Source: Zootoca vivipara (lineage: Eukaryota). From it: DNA of 64,000 bases. Shown one piece after another: positions 11,778 to 25,125 of this stretch. Made by a program: the position numbers and the translations under genes. Numbering within the stretch: the first letter of the stretch is position 1; every line of letters begins with the position of its first letter. The notes below the pieces were generated by a model, which was given only the letters and a program-made list of their open reading frames with translations, ran no database searches and was not told where the DNA came from. The stretch is from positions 22,382,001 to 22,446,000 of the forward strand of contig NC_083276.1 of assembly GCF_963506605.1 (NCBI RefSeq), in the 5' to 3' direction.

Positions 11778-12090
11778 ACGGACGCAGGTGGCGCTGTGGG
11801 TTTAACCACAGGTTGGTGGTTCGAATCCCCACGACGGGGTGAGCTCCTGTTGCTCGGTCCCAGCTCCTGCCAACCTAGCACTTCAAAAGCACGTCAAAGT
11901 GCAAGTAGAGAAATACAAGCGGGAAGGTAAACGGCGTTTCCGTGTGCTGCTCTGGTTCACCAGAAGCGGCTTTGTCATGCTGGCCACATGATCTGGAAGC
12001 TGTACGCCGGCTCCCTCGGCCAATAACGCGAGATGAGCGCCGCAACCCCAGAGTTGGTCACGACTGGACCTAATGATCCTTTACCTTTAC
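11778..12090 (+). mobile_element. Sauria SINE (lacertid-type), near full length
   Basis: tRNA-like head (A box ggtggcgctgtgg, B box ggttcgaatcc), BovB-like tail, (ACCTTT)n end, 10-bp TSD ctattgagtg at 11768-77 and 12091-100. Confidence 0.93.
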
Positions 12091-12419
12091 CTATTGAGTG
12101 TGTATTGCTATAAATCCAGAAATATGAAGGTACTGCCTTTGAGCACAAATGCAATGTGACAATTTGTAGTTGTCAAAAATAGAAAATTGGTTTGAGCTCT
12201 TAGTTGTTGATCCTAATTACTGCAGTTTTGTTAAATTTCAAAACATATTTATTTCCATTATTTGATTTGCTGATGCTATGAGACCCAAAATAGGTTTTCA
12301 TAAACGGTGTTTCAGTAAATCATTAGTAGCACAAAATGTGACACAGCAGTTAATTGTTGTATGTAAATGAATCTCGAAGAACTTGATTTTTACGGTAATG
12401 AATACTCAATTTTTAACAG

Positions 12420-12483
12420 CATTTTCTGTCCTCAAGAGAACACTGAAGAAGCGCTCTTGCTGCTGCTGATTAGTGAATCTATG
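12420..12483 (+). CDS. TTC7B: TTC7B exon (~8), 64 bp
   Basis: aacag|C ATT TTC TGT...TCT ATG|gtaagt; IFCPQENTEEALLLLLISESM. Confidence 0.95.
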
Positions 12484-13335
12484 GTAAGTGAGCCATTTTT
12501 CTTTATGAAGGAACCCTCATTTACATTCCTGCTGTTGCATTATTAACCTTAGTCAACCTTTTCACACCATGATTTACTCCATTTTGAGGATGAGCATATG
12601 GTGTACCATACTTCAGGCACTCTGTAGGATCCGTACTGCTGCTGGCATTGCCATCGTGGGTGTTTGCAACTGTGTATGTTTTTGAGCTGCCAGAATATCC
12701 AGGGCTGAAAGGAAATGTCAGTTTTGTTCAAGGGGAATTATACTCTTGATCTATGAGGATGTGTTTTCATGGCAATATATGAGTAGTTAAGCTTCTAAAA
12801 GCAGAGTGCTCCTTATCGACCACTTTGAAAACCTACCCTGGTGACTGATTACCTTGATTCACTGATTTTTATGGACCCCAACCATTGGCCATCATCAGCG
12901 TCTTTAAAAGAAGTCAGACAACTATGAGTGTGAAGTCTTGTTGAAAAGTAAAGGACATGGTGATCCCTGGTCAGATATAAAAGTAAATTACCTACTAATT
13001 TATATCTAAAACCCTACAGAGGAATACATTTAGAGCAATTCATCTTTATTACTTAAGGCATCCACCAGGTGAATAAACAGATGCCATATGTACTGTTCTT
13101 CTTGTGGAGAGAGGTTGTTCAGCATCTTTTCATGTTTTTAAACATCTCAGGTATTTTGCATCTCAGGTATTTATGGTAGTTGTGATGCAGCAGCCCTTGA
13201 GAAATGCAGTTCCTTCATCCAAAGCAACAAAAGTTTGAATTTGCCATTCCATTTTGGAGAACCCCAAGCATGGGACCTGGTTTTATATATTTTGTTCACT
13301 GATCCTCTCTTCTCGTTTTTGGTCTTGCTATCCAG

Positions 13336-13473
13336 GCTAATCGCGATGCTGTGCTGAGCAGAATACCAGAACATAAAAATGATCGCATCATCAGTTTGCA
13401 AAGTGCGTCTGTAGTCTATGACTTGCTTACCATTGCCTTGGGAAGAAGAGGTCAATATGAAATGTTATCAGAG
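13336..13473 (+). CDS. TTC7B: TTC7B exon (~9), 138 bp
   Basis: tccag|GCT AAT CGC...TCA GAG|gtaggc; [13 protein letters not shown]...[11 protein letters not shown]. Confidence 0.95.
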
Positions 13474-15677
13474 GTAGGCTGTGACAGCTGACCAATGAAT
13501 CCAAGGCCCAGTGGTTCACCTAGGCGACATTCTGGGTTGACAGCATATGAAAAGTTAACTCGCCAATTCAGCATAGCATGGAGCAATCTGTGTATCATTC
13601 AGCTGCATGTTGACTTTGGTGGATATAATACAAATACTGTCTTAGAGATAACAGTCATTGTGTAATGTGGACACAAATAATGGAAAGTAATTCATAATCA
13701 GTGCAGCTACACATTTCTTCAACTAGATGATTGTAGTGTTTTTGTTTGGCACGCTTTGTCCCAAATCAAACAGTTGGATTCAGGTTCACACTGCTTTATA
13801 GTTAGGAGACTTTATTACTTGTTCAGTACCAATTTGCTTAGCTGGGTATTTGAGTGATCCCACCTCGTGACTGTCTTTAAGATGTTATAGCAAATAAGGT
13901 GAGAGAGCTGACAGGTAAGTATTTTTTTAAGTATATAACAGGAATGCTTTTGTCTATCTTCTGATGCAAAATTTAGCAGTTACAGCTTAACAAGCCAATT
14001 TTTAAAGACCGTTTACTACTAATATTGAGCCAACTTCAGTGGCTTTTGAGTTGTTTCCAGGCCCAATTCAAACTGCTGAATTTTATCTTTAAAGGCTTAA
14101 ATGGTTTTGAACCTAGGTATCTTACATTCTGGCTTTTCCCATAGATTGTTAGTTGAATTCTCTGTCTGGCTAGTGTCAACATGTATACCTCAGTGAAGTT
14201 TCTGCACATTTTAAAAGTAATGCGAGTTGAAAGTTGAGATTTTGAAACCATGTTACCTTGATAGGCTTTTCTGTTTCCTTGCTGCCACAATGAGTTATTG
14301 TATGTCCAACCTTTATTTTTTGAGAATCACCATAGTGATTCAAAGCCTGGTTGAAGAAAGTCTCCATCACATTAGGCAAAACCAAGAAGACAATGTTTTC
14401 ATTGTCTTCTTATAACTAGATTCTGTGATAAAAACAATATTGCGAATGAATTCTTAGGGTGGTTTTGTTTTGTTTTGTTTTAAGAAAAACATCATATACA
14501 TACAGAGTCCTGTAATTTTCTAAGGTTACAATGCTATGCAAGCTTACCTGAGAGTAATACTTACAGAATTCTGGAGGACCTGCCTCAGAATAGACATGTA
14601 TAGCATTGTTTTGGGTATTTGAAGTAACTTTTAAATTGGCATTTATTAAAAATAAATTAAAATTTATCACCTTTTATTTAGAAAGCCATCAAGTGTGTGC
14701 ATATGAAAGATATTTTTAAAATCTATATAATTATTTAACTTTCCTGAATTCTCAAAGCTAGGGAGAAAAATGGTATTAATAACAACTGTGCAAAAACATA
14801 GTCATGCTAGAACTTCTCTCTGTGACTGCATAATAAATGGTCTACCTAGAAGATGAAGATGTGGGGAAATGACTGTATCAGGTCAGAAAGTTTGAATGGT
14901 CCCAGTTCACTACTTTAGCTTGGCTTTTTTTTTGTTATTATGGCTGAGTATTGGTGAATCAAATATTTCAACTTTAAGTTCTATATTGTGAAAAACAATA
15001 AAGGGAAAATACTTTCAAGGGGAAATACTTTAATCTTGCCATTTAAAAACAAATCAATGGTTCACAGCAAGTAGATGCAGAACTTGGACTGATGCATGCA
15101 GCTGTGAGGAACTGAGCAACTCAAGCAAAGCTTTGCATGGAAATATTCAGAGTATACTTGCCAGGAGATCACCATGATGGTTACAGTAGCTGGTTTCCTT
15201 TTTGCAAAGAGATGACCTACATTTCTCACTTTTCCAATTTGGATCATGCACTGTTGCTTTGAAAGGTCGCACTGTATCTGTAACCTTGAACCTACTTTGG
15301 AACTTTCTTGTTACACTTCCCTTGACTTTTTCCCTTTTACCTTACCCTTTTTACTGACACAGATAAAGCCAGCTTGTGCTTTGTCCTCCTGATCTGTGTT
15401 CTATTGATTCCATTGTCTTGATCAGTAGAGCTTTTGAACTGGAATAAATCAGAGATTTCAGAAACTGTGCACTTTGTGACCTAAAGTGTTTGAGAGAAGA
15501 TCTCCCCCCCCCCCCGGCTGCATCAATCTCAGCATCATGAAGAGTTTTTATGAAGTGGCTTAAGGAAAATGCTAGGAGTTAAGGGGAAAAGAGAGGGAGG
15601 GAAGAAGAGACACAAGAGAGAATCTCCCCAATGCTATGAACAATCTGTTCCACTTGGGAAAATAAAGTTTGGGTTTA

Positions 15678-15795
15678 CAGTGGTACCTCTAGTTACGGAC
15701 TTCATTCGTTCTGGAGGTCTGTTCTTAACCTGAAGCTGTACTTAACTAGAGGCGTGCTTTCGCTAATGGGGCCTCTAGCTGCCACTGCTAGAGTT
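15678..15795 (+). mobile_element. Truncated Tigger-like MITE
   Basis: TA + CAGTGGTACCTCtagTTACG terminus; no matching right TIR seen. Confidence 0.65.
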
Positions 15796-16184
15796 ATTAA
15801 GTTATTTCTTTGGTGTGTAAAGAAAGCCCAATACCTTGTGAAAGGAGACCTGAGAGATGGGTTCATATTGTGCTGTGGAGAAAAAAGTAGGTTAGCAGAA
15901 AACATGTAAAAAAAGAAAATCCCAAGTTGCAATTGTAATAAATTTGCCTTCTTTGGGTTAATGCAGCAATGTGCACTTCATGAGTCATTAAAACGTAGCC
16001 CTTAGTTTTTTGCATTATGCAATATTACTTTTATTGCAATTTTATTTTATTTGTTTGTTGCTCATTTATATAGCACTTGCAAAAAGCCAAGTGCCTTCTA
16101 ACATTTATTTATTTCCAGGCTGCTGCTGGAAAGATGCACACTATTACTTTAACTGAAAATGGATGTTGTTTCTTCTCGTTTTAG

Positions 16185-16268
16185 TGCTTGGAAAGAGCAA
16201 TGAAATTTGCATTTGAAGAATTCCATCTTTGGTATCAGTTTGCACTGTCCTTAATGGCAGCAGGAAAA
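16185..16268 (+). CDS. TTC7B: TTC7B exon (~10), 84 bp
   Basis: tttag|TGC TTG GAA...GGA AAA|gtaggt; [28 protein letters not shown]. Confidence 0.95.
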
Positions 16269-17199
16269 GTAGGTCTCTTTGCAGATTTTGTTTTATTGAG
16301 GTCTGCTGCTTATAATGTGGGCTGCAGTCCTGCACATGCTAAATCAGTGGTGTTTTAGGGGGTTGTTCTTGGGTGCAGGATTGTAGCTTTAACTGCATTT
16401 AAAGCCAAAGAACTTTAAGCCACGTTTAATGTCTTCGTGCAAGACTGAATATAATTTCAGTATGGCAAACACTTTTATATGCTCACTATTTAGCTAAGTA
16501 TACTGCTGAAAGAGGTTGAATTCAATTTTTTTTGTTTATTTCAAGTGACTTGTAACTTTTTAGCAAAACTGTCTCTGTCCAATGTTTTATTCAGAAATTA
16601 TGCCCCATTTTTTTTAATTGAGAAAAAAGTTTGATAACTAGATGGATAGAAATATGAAATGGCATTCGTTGGTTCCCTGGTTTTGAAATATTCCCTCCCT
16701 TCCATTCCCTTTTCTTTAGAGCAGCCTCTTCACTCATAAATGGGAGAGAAATGGAACATAAGTTGTGCTGGGGGAAAAACAGCCATAAAGGGGAGGTATT
16801 TGGTGGCAGTTCTTGCTAATATTCTTGCTAATACTTGGGTGGTTAATACCAGACTATTTTATTTTAATACCATGTGGCGGTGTTCCTCCATCTCTTCAAT
16901 ACAACTTCCTGGCTTGTCTGCGGCTTGGAAATTAGACATGTAGCCTAGGACCCACCATGTTTGATAGCCTGGCTGTGTTGCGCAGGATGCAATACCTGTT
17001 CCATTCTCTAAAAAAAAAGATACTCACAATCAGATTTGTGGGTATTGATCCTATCATGGAATTAAACTAATGCCTTTTATTTGAAATTTGTTTAGAAATC
17101 TTTTGTTACAGCTTGGAAGGGGCTTAAATGGCAAAATGCAAAATTCTTACTATATTCCGCTACCCTGGTTGTCTTATCCCGAGACATGTTTTTGTACAG

Positions 17200-17304
17200 T
17201 CTGCTCGAGCTGTGAAGGTCTTGAAAGAGTGTATACGGTTGAAACCGGACGATGCCACAATCCCACTTCTTGCTGCCAAACTATGTATGGGATCCCTTCA
17301 TTGG
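17200..17304 (+). CDS. TTC7B: TTC7B exon (~11), 105 bp
   Basis: tacag|TCT GCT CGA...CAT TGG|gtaagt; SARAVKVLKECIRLKPDDATIPLLAAKLCMGSLHW. Confidence 0.95.
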
Positions 17305-18316
17305 GTAAGTTGTTTATTAGTTCTCTGAGTCCAGAAAAATGGGTATTTAAAGAAATATGCACACATGCTGTTGCTTTGCTGCTTTTGATCCAGCATGATT
17401 TATAATAAACAGAAATGTGATTCCCTCTGCCAGGTCAAAATATCAAAATTCCAAGAATATATCAGATTGAAAAGAATATACTTTTAAAAGAGTGTTGAGA
17501 TCCCTAACCACTGCCACGATAATTTTAGAATTTTTGAGCACCCTGTGCTGAATGTCGAGCTAATTTCTAGAGATGGGTAAACTTGGTTCAGGTTGGAAAT
17601 GGGTTGGTAATTGCAGGTAGCATTGGAGAATACTAAAATATATATGTTGATAAAAGCTGTAAATTGACTTGTATTTATGGTACGTACGCAACTCTTTGGA
17701 ATACTCTCAAGGTATGTGCAAGCTGGGAAGCAGCATGTTGGTTGGATTAGATAACCCTATCATTCTATGTTGCCCAGACAAAGGTTGCGATTCTTAAAAA
17801 TTCATCTGATTGCTCAAAAGCTTAATAAAAATTTATCAGTTAAAAAAAATGCATGCCACACCAAGCGCACTGTTACAGATCATCCACAATTAACCAACCA
17901 TATGAGAATAATCACCAAAAAAGTAGCACTTTTCAAAATTGTTTCATAGTTGGTTTGTTGTTCACAAGGTAGGACCCCATCCCTCCGTGCATAGTCAGCT
18001 AGATTTTCTTTCCTAAAGGCCACTTTTACATGATGCATACTCTGACCCGCCTCCCCTTTAAGGTGGATGCAAGCATTTCCAACTTGGAGATTCCGGACCA
18101 AAACTAATTGATAAAGTCAGGACAGAAAAATACCCTGGCAGCCTTCTATAAATACCCTCTTCTATACTTGTGCCTCCCCATTAATCACTGAGAATGGCAG
18201 TCCAATTAATCGTAACATTTAAGCAGACCCCATTTGAAATAGATATGTGACCATTGGGAGTGAGCAGGGTTCTGTCTATTAACTAGTCTCATATAAATCT
18301 GTGCTTTTGTTTTTAG

Positions 18317-18434
18317 TTAGAAGAAGCAGAACGGTTTGCCAGAATGGTGGTTGATATGGGGGACAAATCATCAGAATTCAAAGCGAAAGGTTTCTTAGCC
18401 CTGGGACTGACTTACAGCTTACAAGCTACAGATG
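18317..18434 (+). CDS. TTC7B: TTC7B exon (~12), 118 bp
   Basis: tttag|TTA GAA GAA...ACA GAT G|gtaagt; [39 protein letters not shown]. Confidence 0.95.
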
Positions 18435-18591
18435 GTAAGTATATCAGTTTATAAGGGTAAAGAGTCAACAATATAGAGCATTTAGAAATATGTCAAATAG
18501 TCAAAAGGATTCATTGTATGTCCTTTTTTATTTTAAAAAATGCTTGGTCTGAAGCCTCTGCTTAATATGACTAATTAAATCCTGTTTTTAG

Positions 18592-18649
18592 CTTCTTTGC
18601 GAGGGATACAAGAGGTTCTGCAGCGAAAGGCTCTTCTTGCATTTCAAAG
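18592..18649 (+). CDS. TTC7B: TTC7B exon (~13), 58 bp
   Basis: tttag|CT TCT TTG...CAA AG|gtgagt; (A)SLRGIQEVLQRKALLAFQ(R). Confidence 0.95.
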
Positions 18650-19417
18650 GTGAGTGGGTGTTAATCTTTTCATTCAGCTGTAGATAATGAAAAACCTTAT
18701 GTGTATTTTTTAAAAGATATATTTATAAATGATTATGTAATGCGGATTTTACCTCTGGGAGTCTGCGTGCATGAGTACAGAACATATTGCGTTAACGTTT
18801 GCTTCATCAAGTAGTGCTGGCAAATCCTTTGGAATCAGACTGGATTTCCTCTGATTTCATTATTAAAGATATTTTTGTTATCAGCTAGTAGAGAATAATG
18901 TTTGCACAACATCTGTTTGAAGAATGATTCTTTGTCTGAATACACATTTTGTTCCAGAGGAAGAAAATGTAGCTCTGAATAGCATTCCCAAAATTGACAG
19001 AATATATTGTATATGATATTGATGTTATTTTATTAGATTGGTTTAAAGTATTTATTGTTCATTCAGGGACTTAAACCCTCTTATTCTAAGAGGTTATGAG
19101 CAAGTGCAATGTCTTCACCATGACTTGTAATGTGGCTCATGAATTCTCATAAAGCAGAAGGATGAAAATAGTTTATTACTGCAATCAAGTTGTGTTTTAA
19201 AAACTTAAGCGTTATTGGTTCTGTATTAGCTTCCTAGAGACCGAGAAATACCTTATTATCTTCAGTCACAACTTCTAGCTCCTTAACTATGCACACAGGC
19301 AGAATAGTTGCATGAGCAGAGAATTAGGGCAGATACATTTGATAGTAACATGATTGTGAGCCATCTCTAAATTTAATTTGTACCTCAAGCAAGAAAGTGA
19401 TTGACTGACTGGTGCCC

Positions 19418-19460
<43 letters not shown>

Positions 19461-19462
19461 AT
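19418..19462. repeat. (TAAA)n microsatellite
   Basis: About 11 perfect units seen directly. Confidence 0.95.
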
Positions 19463-20675
19463 TTACATTTTTATGTAAACAGGGGGCCCACACCTATTAG
19501 AACTTGAACTTCCTGATTTAATTCTTTTAATTGTTCTTTCTGATGTTTTAATTGTTTAGTAAAACACAGCTGAAATTAAGGCATAATGACTAGGCTGTAA
19601 TGCTTCCTATAGGACAGGGTGAACATGCTTTTTTATGAAAAAGAAATGTTCTGAGTTAGAAGGCTTCTGGAGAAATTCCTTTCTGGCTTTATTCATGACC
19701 CTCCAGCAGTGGAAAATATGGATTTAGCTATCATATACACTTTCTTGCTACAGATGGCATCGCCTCTGTCATCTCTTGTACCATAGCAGGCATTTGTGCA
19801 AGCAGTATTAAATCTGGATTATTTCTGGGCTATTTACAGAGGTCTGAAATTGATGGGTGTCATATAGATCAGTGAGCAGCTGCCAGATGGTAACAACTTT
19901 AAGTCAGTCCTAGCTTTAACTGGATTTTTGAAACAGTAACCTACAAGATAAAATCTCTGTATCCCATTATTAATTCAATGAGCTGCCTATTTATCAGTTT
20001 TTTAATTCACTTCTTAAAAATAGAATAAAATGTTAAAGGTCCCCCGTCCCTTAACCTCAGAGCAGAAGGTATTCTTCCTACTTCAAGAATATTATTACTT
20101 CACTGCATATTTTGCTTGTGAGCACTAGAAAATGGAAACCTTGAAATAGGACCCTGGAAAACACATGAAAGTGCCTTCATCTGCCATCTTCCCCAGATGT
20201 TCCAAATATTTGATTTTGCATTTATGTATGTATTCAAATATTCCAAAGTCTGATTACCACAGGTTCCCCACTCTGAACTAGAGACTTGCTTTGCAAAGCT
20301 GTGATAAAAGACCCAGTGGAGAGTCATGAGAAATATGAGGACTCTCTTTCTTCTAGTTCACCTTTGCCTCTCCTGCCTTACACCCTGTCAATTTGCTCCT
20401 TTTTTTGTTTTTAACACCCACCACATGCAAAGCGATTGAATAAATAAAAGCAGAGATCTTCACATGAACTGTATTGTTAATAATTAGGCTGATGGCTGTA
20501 ATGTTGTGGTTTAAGATGGGGGTGCTAGGAAGGCTGAGAAGGCTGAGTTAGCTTCCTGCTCAGGAACAAAATTCCACTGGTAGATCAGTTATCAGCAGTT
20601 AAAATTGACAAATACAAAGGTAAACCTGGAAATTTAAAGTGACTTGATGGTCTATATACGTTTACTGTTTTTCAG

Positions 20676-20748
20676 GGCTCACATCTTGTCTCCAACAGAT
20701 CACCTGGCAGCATTTTATCTAGCTTTACAGTTTGCTATATCCCGACAG
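20676..20748 (+). CDS. TTC7B: TTC7B exon (~14), 73 bp
   Basis: ttcag|G GCT CAC...CGA CAG|gttagt; AHILSPTDHLAAFYLALQFAISRQ. Confidence 0.95.
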
Positions 20749-22215
20749 GTTAGTTCTGAAATTGTTATGTTACTGGGGTTTCCCCCCCATATTTTTCAGC
20801 AGAATCTATATGCTGGTGGGGGAGGGGGTCAACAAAAAAAAAATTCCTACAGGGGGATAATTAGGGAAGTATAAATAATAGCTGTATTAGTTAATTATCA
20901 TCTCTGTACATTCATATTTATTCTTGATCTTCCTGTTTCTAAGAAGTGGAACAAACGTTTTCTTCGTCCACCAAGAAGTGCAAAGAACAGTTTCAAGTCC
21001 TTCATACCTTGAAAACAAGGCTCTTATGCTGAGATGTTTAAGAAGAACTGGAGATACCTCTGGGATGCATCTAGCCTTCAAAGTCCAGAAGCACAAAGGC
21101 TTCTTATATTTTTACTCAGCCTTCTTCTCTGTTGCGCAAGCACCATCCCAACATAAAATCCAGTCCCTTGCTGCCTTTCTATTTTAAGGAAATCCCCTCA
21201 TATTCTCTTGAGAGAGTTGTAGGGTATTTCCAGATGGCGGCCTTCTATTGCAAATGGGTCATTCTTATCAGATTTTTCTGAGTGTGCATCTGTCATGTTA
21301 CCTTCCACACATTCTCATTTTTCAACCATTGATTTTCATGGCTGTTCTGTCTCTTGCTGTCCATACCAGTTGCTAAAGCTTGGCAGTTTTGTCTGGGTGG
21401 ATTTTTTGTGTGTCCCCCTCCCCCCACCATTATTTTATTCCATTCTGGATATGTGTCCAGATATTTCTATATCTGTGCTCCTTTAAATAACCGAGGTCTT
21501 GCGCATGAGTGCTAAAGAGGTTTTGTGCAAAACCTCTGTATTAAAGCCTAATGTATGTTCCACAGTTACAATGGTGGTAGCACTGAAGCAAGGGGCACCA
21601 CTGATGTTTCAAGCAGTGTTATTATTGAGACCTCACTCATCCCCAACCATGTGGTGTAGTTAAAACCACTTCATATTCATCAGAAACAAAACCACACTAC
21701 TCCTTTTGAACGGCAGGGGTTTGTTCCGAGGACAAATTTTTGGATGACCATCAACACCAGCCAAAATGGTGGTCCCCTGTGTAATTATGCTTGTTTCTTG
21801 AAGATTATTTGATGTTTTAATTTGTTTCATAAAATGCTACAAAGCTGAATTTTGTTTAGTCAGAAGAAAATCTGTTAATTTGCAAAAATCCCAACGCCTG
21901 GAACACTAAAGCTTGTTCCAAGTTGCTTTACATTTTGAGTGCAAAAGGAAAATTTTAAAGTTTATTTTAGGAAGCCAATAGGAGTCACATACTTTGGCTA
22001 CTTTTCATTGTCAGTGAGCGGCAAAATCATCAATGCCTCAACACTTTTCTGAAGAGAACAGTTATATATATGTATGTGTCTTTGGTTTCCCCCCTAGTAG
22101 TGAATATTTCTTCGGTGGAGGCACTTTCCATTCCCATTTCTTCCTAATCTCTAAATGCAGGGGAATTATACTGTATGTGATAAGAATAACCCATTTCAAC
22201 TTTTCTTTCAAATAG

Positions 22216-22376
22216 ATACCAGAAGCTTTAGGATATGTTCGTCAAGCTCTTCAGCTTCAAGGAGACGATGCTAACTCTCTGCATCTCCTTGCCCTCTTGC
22301 TGTCAGCTCAGAAACACTATCACGATGCTCTGAATATCATTGACATGGCCTTGAGCGAATACCCAGAAAACTTTAT
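22216..22376 (+). CDS. TTC7B: TTC7B exon (~15), 161 bp
   Basis: aatag|ATA CCA GAA...TTT AT|gtgagt; IPEALGYVRQALQLQGDDANSLHLL...SEYPENF. Confidence 0.95.
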
Positions 22377-25008
22377 GTGAGTAGGGGTTTTTTTTGGTAG
22401 TTTCTATGCATATGCGTGCTTAGTATGAGACAAAATTTAAACCCTTGAAATGACTGGGCCATTTTTGGCCTTGCAAATTTTGTGCATTGCGTTTCTCCCT
22501 TTTTCCATGTTGCAGAAGGCTATAGCTTTCAGACTTTGTGAATAGCAATGTGATATTCTGCTTCCTCAATTCTTATTTTTCATTGTATTTGTTAGCTTTT
22601 GCTGCAAAGTAATATTCACAGACCTTACATGATACATAGAATGAAAACGACAAGCTCTCGTCCTCTCATTTTCTTTTTTTGAAAGAAACGTCATGACCTC
22701 CCTTTGGAAAGTTGATGGGTTCCATAGAGTAGATTATCTTGCTGCTTTTCTTAATATATCATGATAAATAAATGAGAATAAAGAGCCGCATCACAAAACA
22801 GCTGAGTGGCAAATAGCACTCATTCAACAGATGTGTGCACATCAATGTGCTTAAAATGTCACTGGTTCTTATCATTCTGTAAAAACAAGTAGTGTATCAG
22901 AGTGGTCATGAACATGATCTGTGAGTTGGAAGTTTAAATTTTAACTCAGTTTTGAGCGCATTTAATGGCTTTAAGCAAGCTGCCATCTTTCAGCTTTATT
23001 CCCTACCCCTGTGACCTGCTGTGTGTAGAACCGTAATATTGGCCTGCCTTATGACTTAAGATGTAAGTCATGCTGGTTGGGGTCCAGTTGTTTATCTGAC
23101 TTTTAGAGTTTCTGCCTGCTCATAGCCATTAGCAAAAACCAGCCCAGTAATATACTGTTGAACTATAGGAATACTGACTTGTAGTAACAATCTTTAATCC
23201 AGCATAAGGCACTGTAATGATAGTACGCACATGAAATGACACAGTTCTTTGCTTTTTTATTACTTTGTTTTGATCCTAGTTTGGAGTTGTTTTAATGCTG
23301 TATTATAATTGTTTTTAAATCTATTTCATTTTGTGAGCCAGCCAGAGAATAACTCATCATTATGTGGTGCCACACGAATAATGTCAAATAAATAAGTAGA
23401 AAATAGTATAGCCCTTGTCTCTTTGAGTGCTTCTTTTGAGAAGGTTTTTTTAAAAAAACAATCATTTCTACACCTGCAGTCTATTTGGGGACTATGCCAG
23501 TTTCCATACTGTTTGTTGCTTGTTGAAACTTCAGAGAAGGGACTTACAGGATCAGTCCCAAACTGCAAGCGCAATCAGCCACAATGCCAAACTATGGTTT
23601 GCAAGGGGCTGCCAATGTGGCAAATGTAACCGTGATTTGCTGTTACGACTGAATTCACAAGCTGTTGACTATCCACATTTAGTGCCATTGTTTATGTCAA
23701 AAGTCTGCTGCATTGTGAACTTATGACACTTAATGTTGATTGTTTTTATCTTCTGCTTTTTATTTTTTGCTTTTATTGTTTGAGTGTATTATTTTATTAC
23801 ATTTTTATGTTCTCATATGAAAGGTGGGGTATAATATGTTAAGTCCTAGATCTGGATGAGTAACTTCTATATTTTTTAGCTATGTCTCTATTCTGCAAAC
23901 AGCTGTCTGGAGGCTGATACATACTTTTGATACACAAATTGGTGGTTTAGTTGGAGCGCACAGTCTGTAGAATTGATCCCCTCTAATAGAGAGGGTTTTA
24001 GTTAAGGGGTGGTACATGACTGGACCACTATTTAAGTATACCAAAAGGAGTGATGCAACAGTCAAGTGCAGAATCTCTCTCGGTGTTGGAAAACAGCTGT
24101 GAAATTCTGAAAACATTTTACCACAGCATAATTAAAACTCAATCAGACCAGCTGACTGGACACAATCCCCCAGGCACTTTCTTGCCCATTGCTAGAAGCA
24201 ATTGTGCACTTCCAAGCAAAACTTGCAAAACCCTCACAAATCCCCTCCTCGTGTTTCTGGGCTGCTTGCCTTTTTTAGAATTACGCCTACAAATCAGTTC
24301 AAAATGTTCTATTTTGGTGGATGGAATTGACAGATTAGTTGACTTAACACATTTCTCATTTGGTACACCTCTAATACACTTGCTTTCCCTATAACAGTTA
24401 GTTTTCGCTCCTCCTAATTGCTTTCAATATAATTCAGAGGCACGCAACCTTTAGCAAAACAAACTGGTAAGCAGAATAAACCGTTGCATTATTCAAGTAT
24501 AATTTCTTCAGCATTGTAATGGTTCCTTTTTCGCTGCCATAAAGCTTAATAGAAAATCGGTTAGTTTTGGCTGCTGACTAGAGTTTTTTCAAAGTTAGAG
24601 TGTACATGCTACTCTAATGCTGCTGCTTGGCTGTTTTCAAAGAGAACGTCTGCCTCTGTGCTCTAGAACAGTGATCTAAAACCTTTTATCTTTAGGGAAC
24701 CCTTTTCATATTGACTTGCCTGCAGAGAAACTCCTTCATGTGGGTCGCAAAACTCTAGGACGTCGTAGTAACCTGGAGTAATTGTGAAAGCAGCAGTTCA
24801 CAAAAAAGGACCCACTAGGCTTGTTAAGTCTTAGCATCACTTGGCATGAACCAAGGCTGCTTGTCTGCTTTCCATAGGCATCTGGGATGGGCACTGGAAG
24901 AAGTGGGATGATGAAGTAGATGGCCTTTGCTCTGTCCATCAGGGCTGCATTCATGTTTTTAACGTCCTTTATTGTTGAATTACAGTTTGATTTTTCTCTC
25001 CTTCTCAG

Positions 25009-25125
25009 ATTACTGTTTTCAAAAGTCAAATTGGAATCACTCTGCCGGGGCCCAGATGAGGCACTCCTTACTTGTAAACACATGTTGCAGATCTGGAAAT
25101 CCTGTTACAATCTCACTAACCCCAG
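25009..25125 (+). CDS. TTC7B: TTC7B exon (~16), 117 bp
   Basis: ctcag|A TTA CTG...CCC AG|gtagga; LLFSKVKLESLCRGPDEALLTCKHMLQIWKSCYNLTNP. Confidence 0.95.

Noticed and set aside
13143-13171. Short tandem duplications (also 33407-33441 and 50191-50227)
   Set aside because: Ordinary 16-20 bp slippage duplications.
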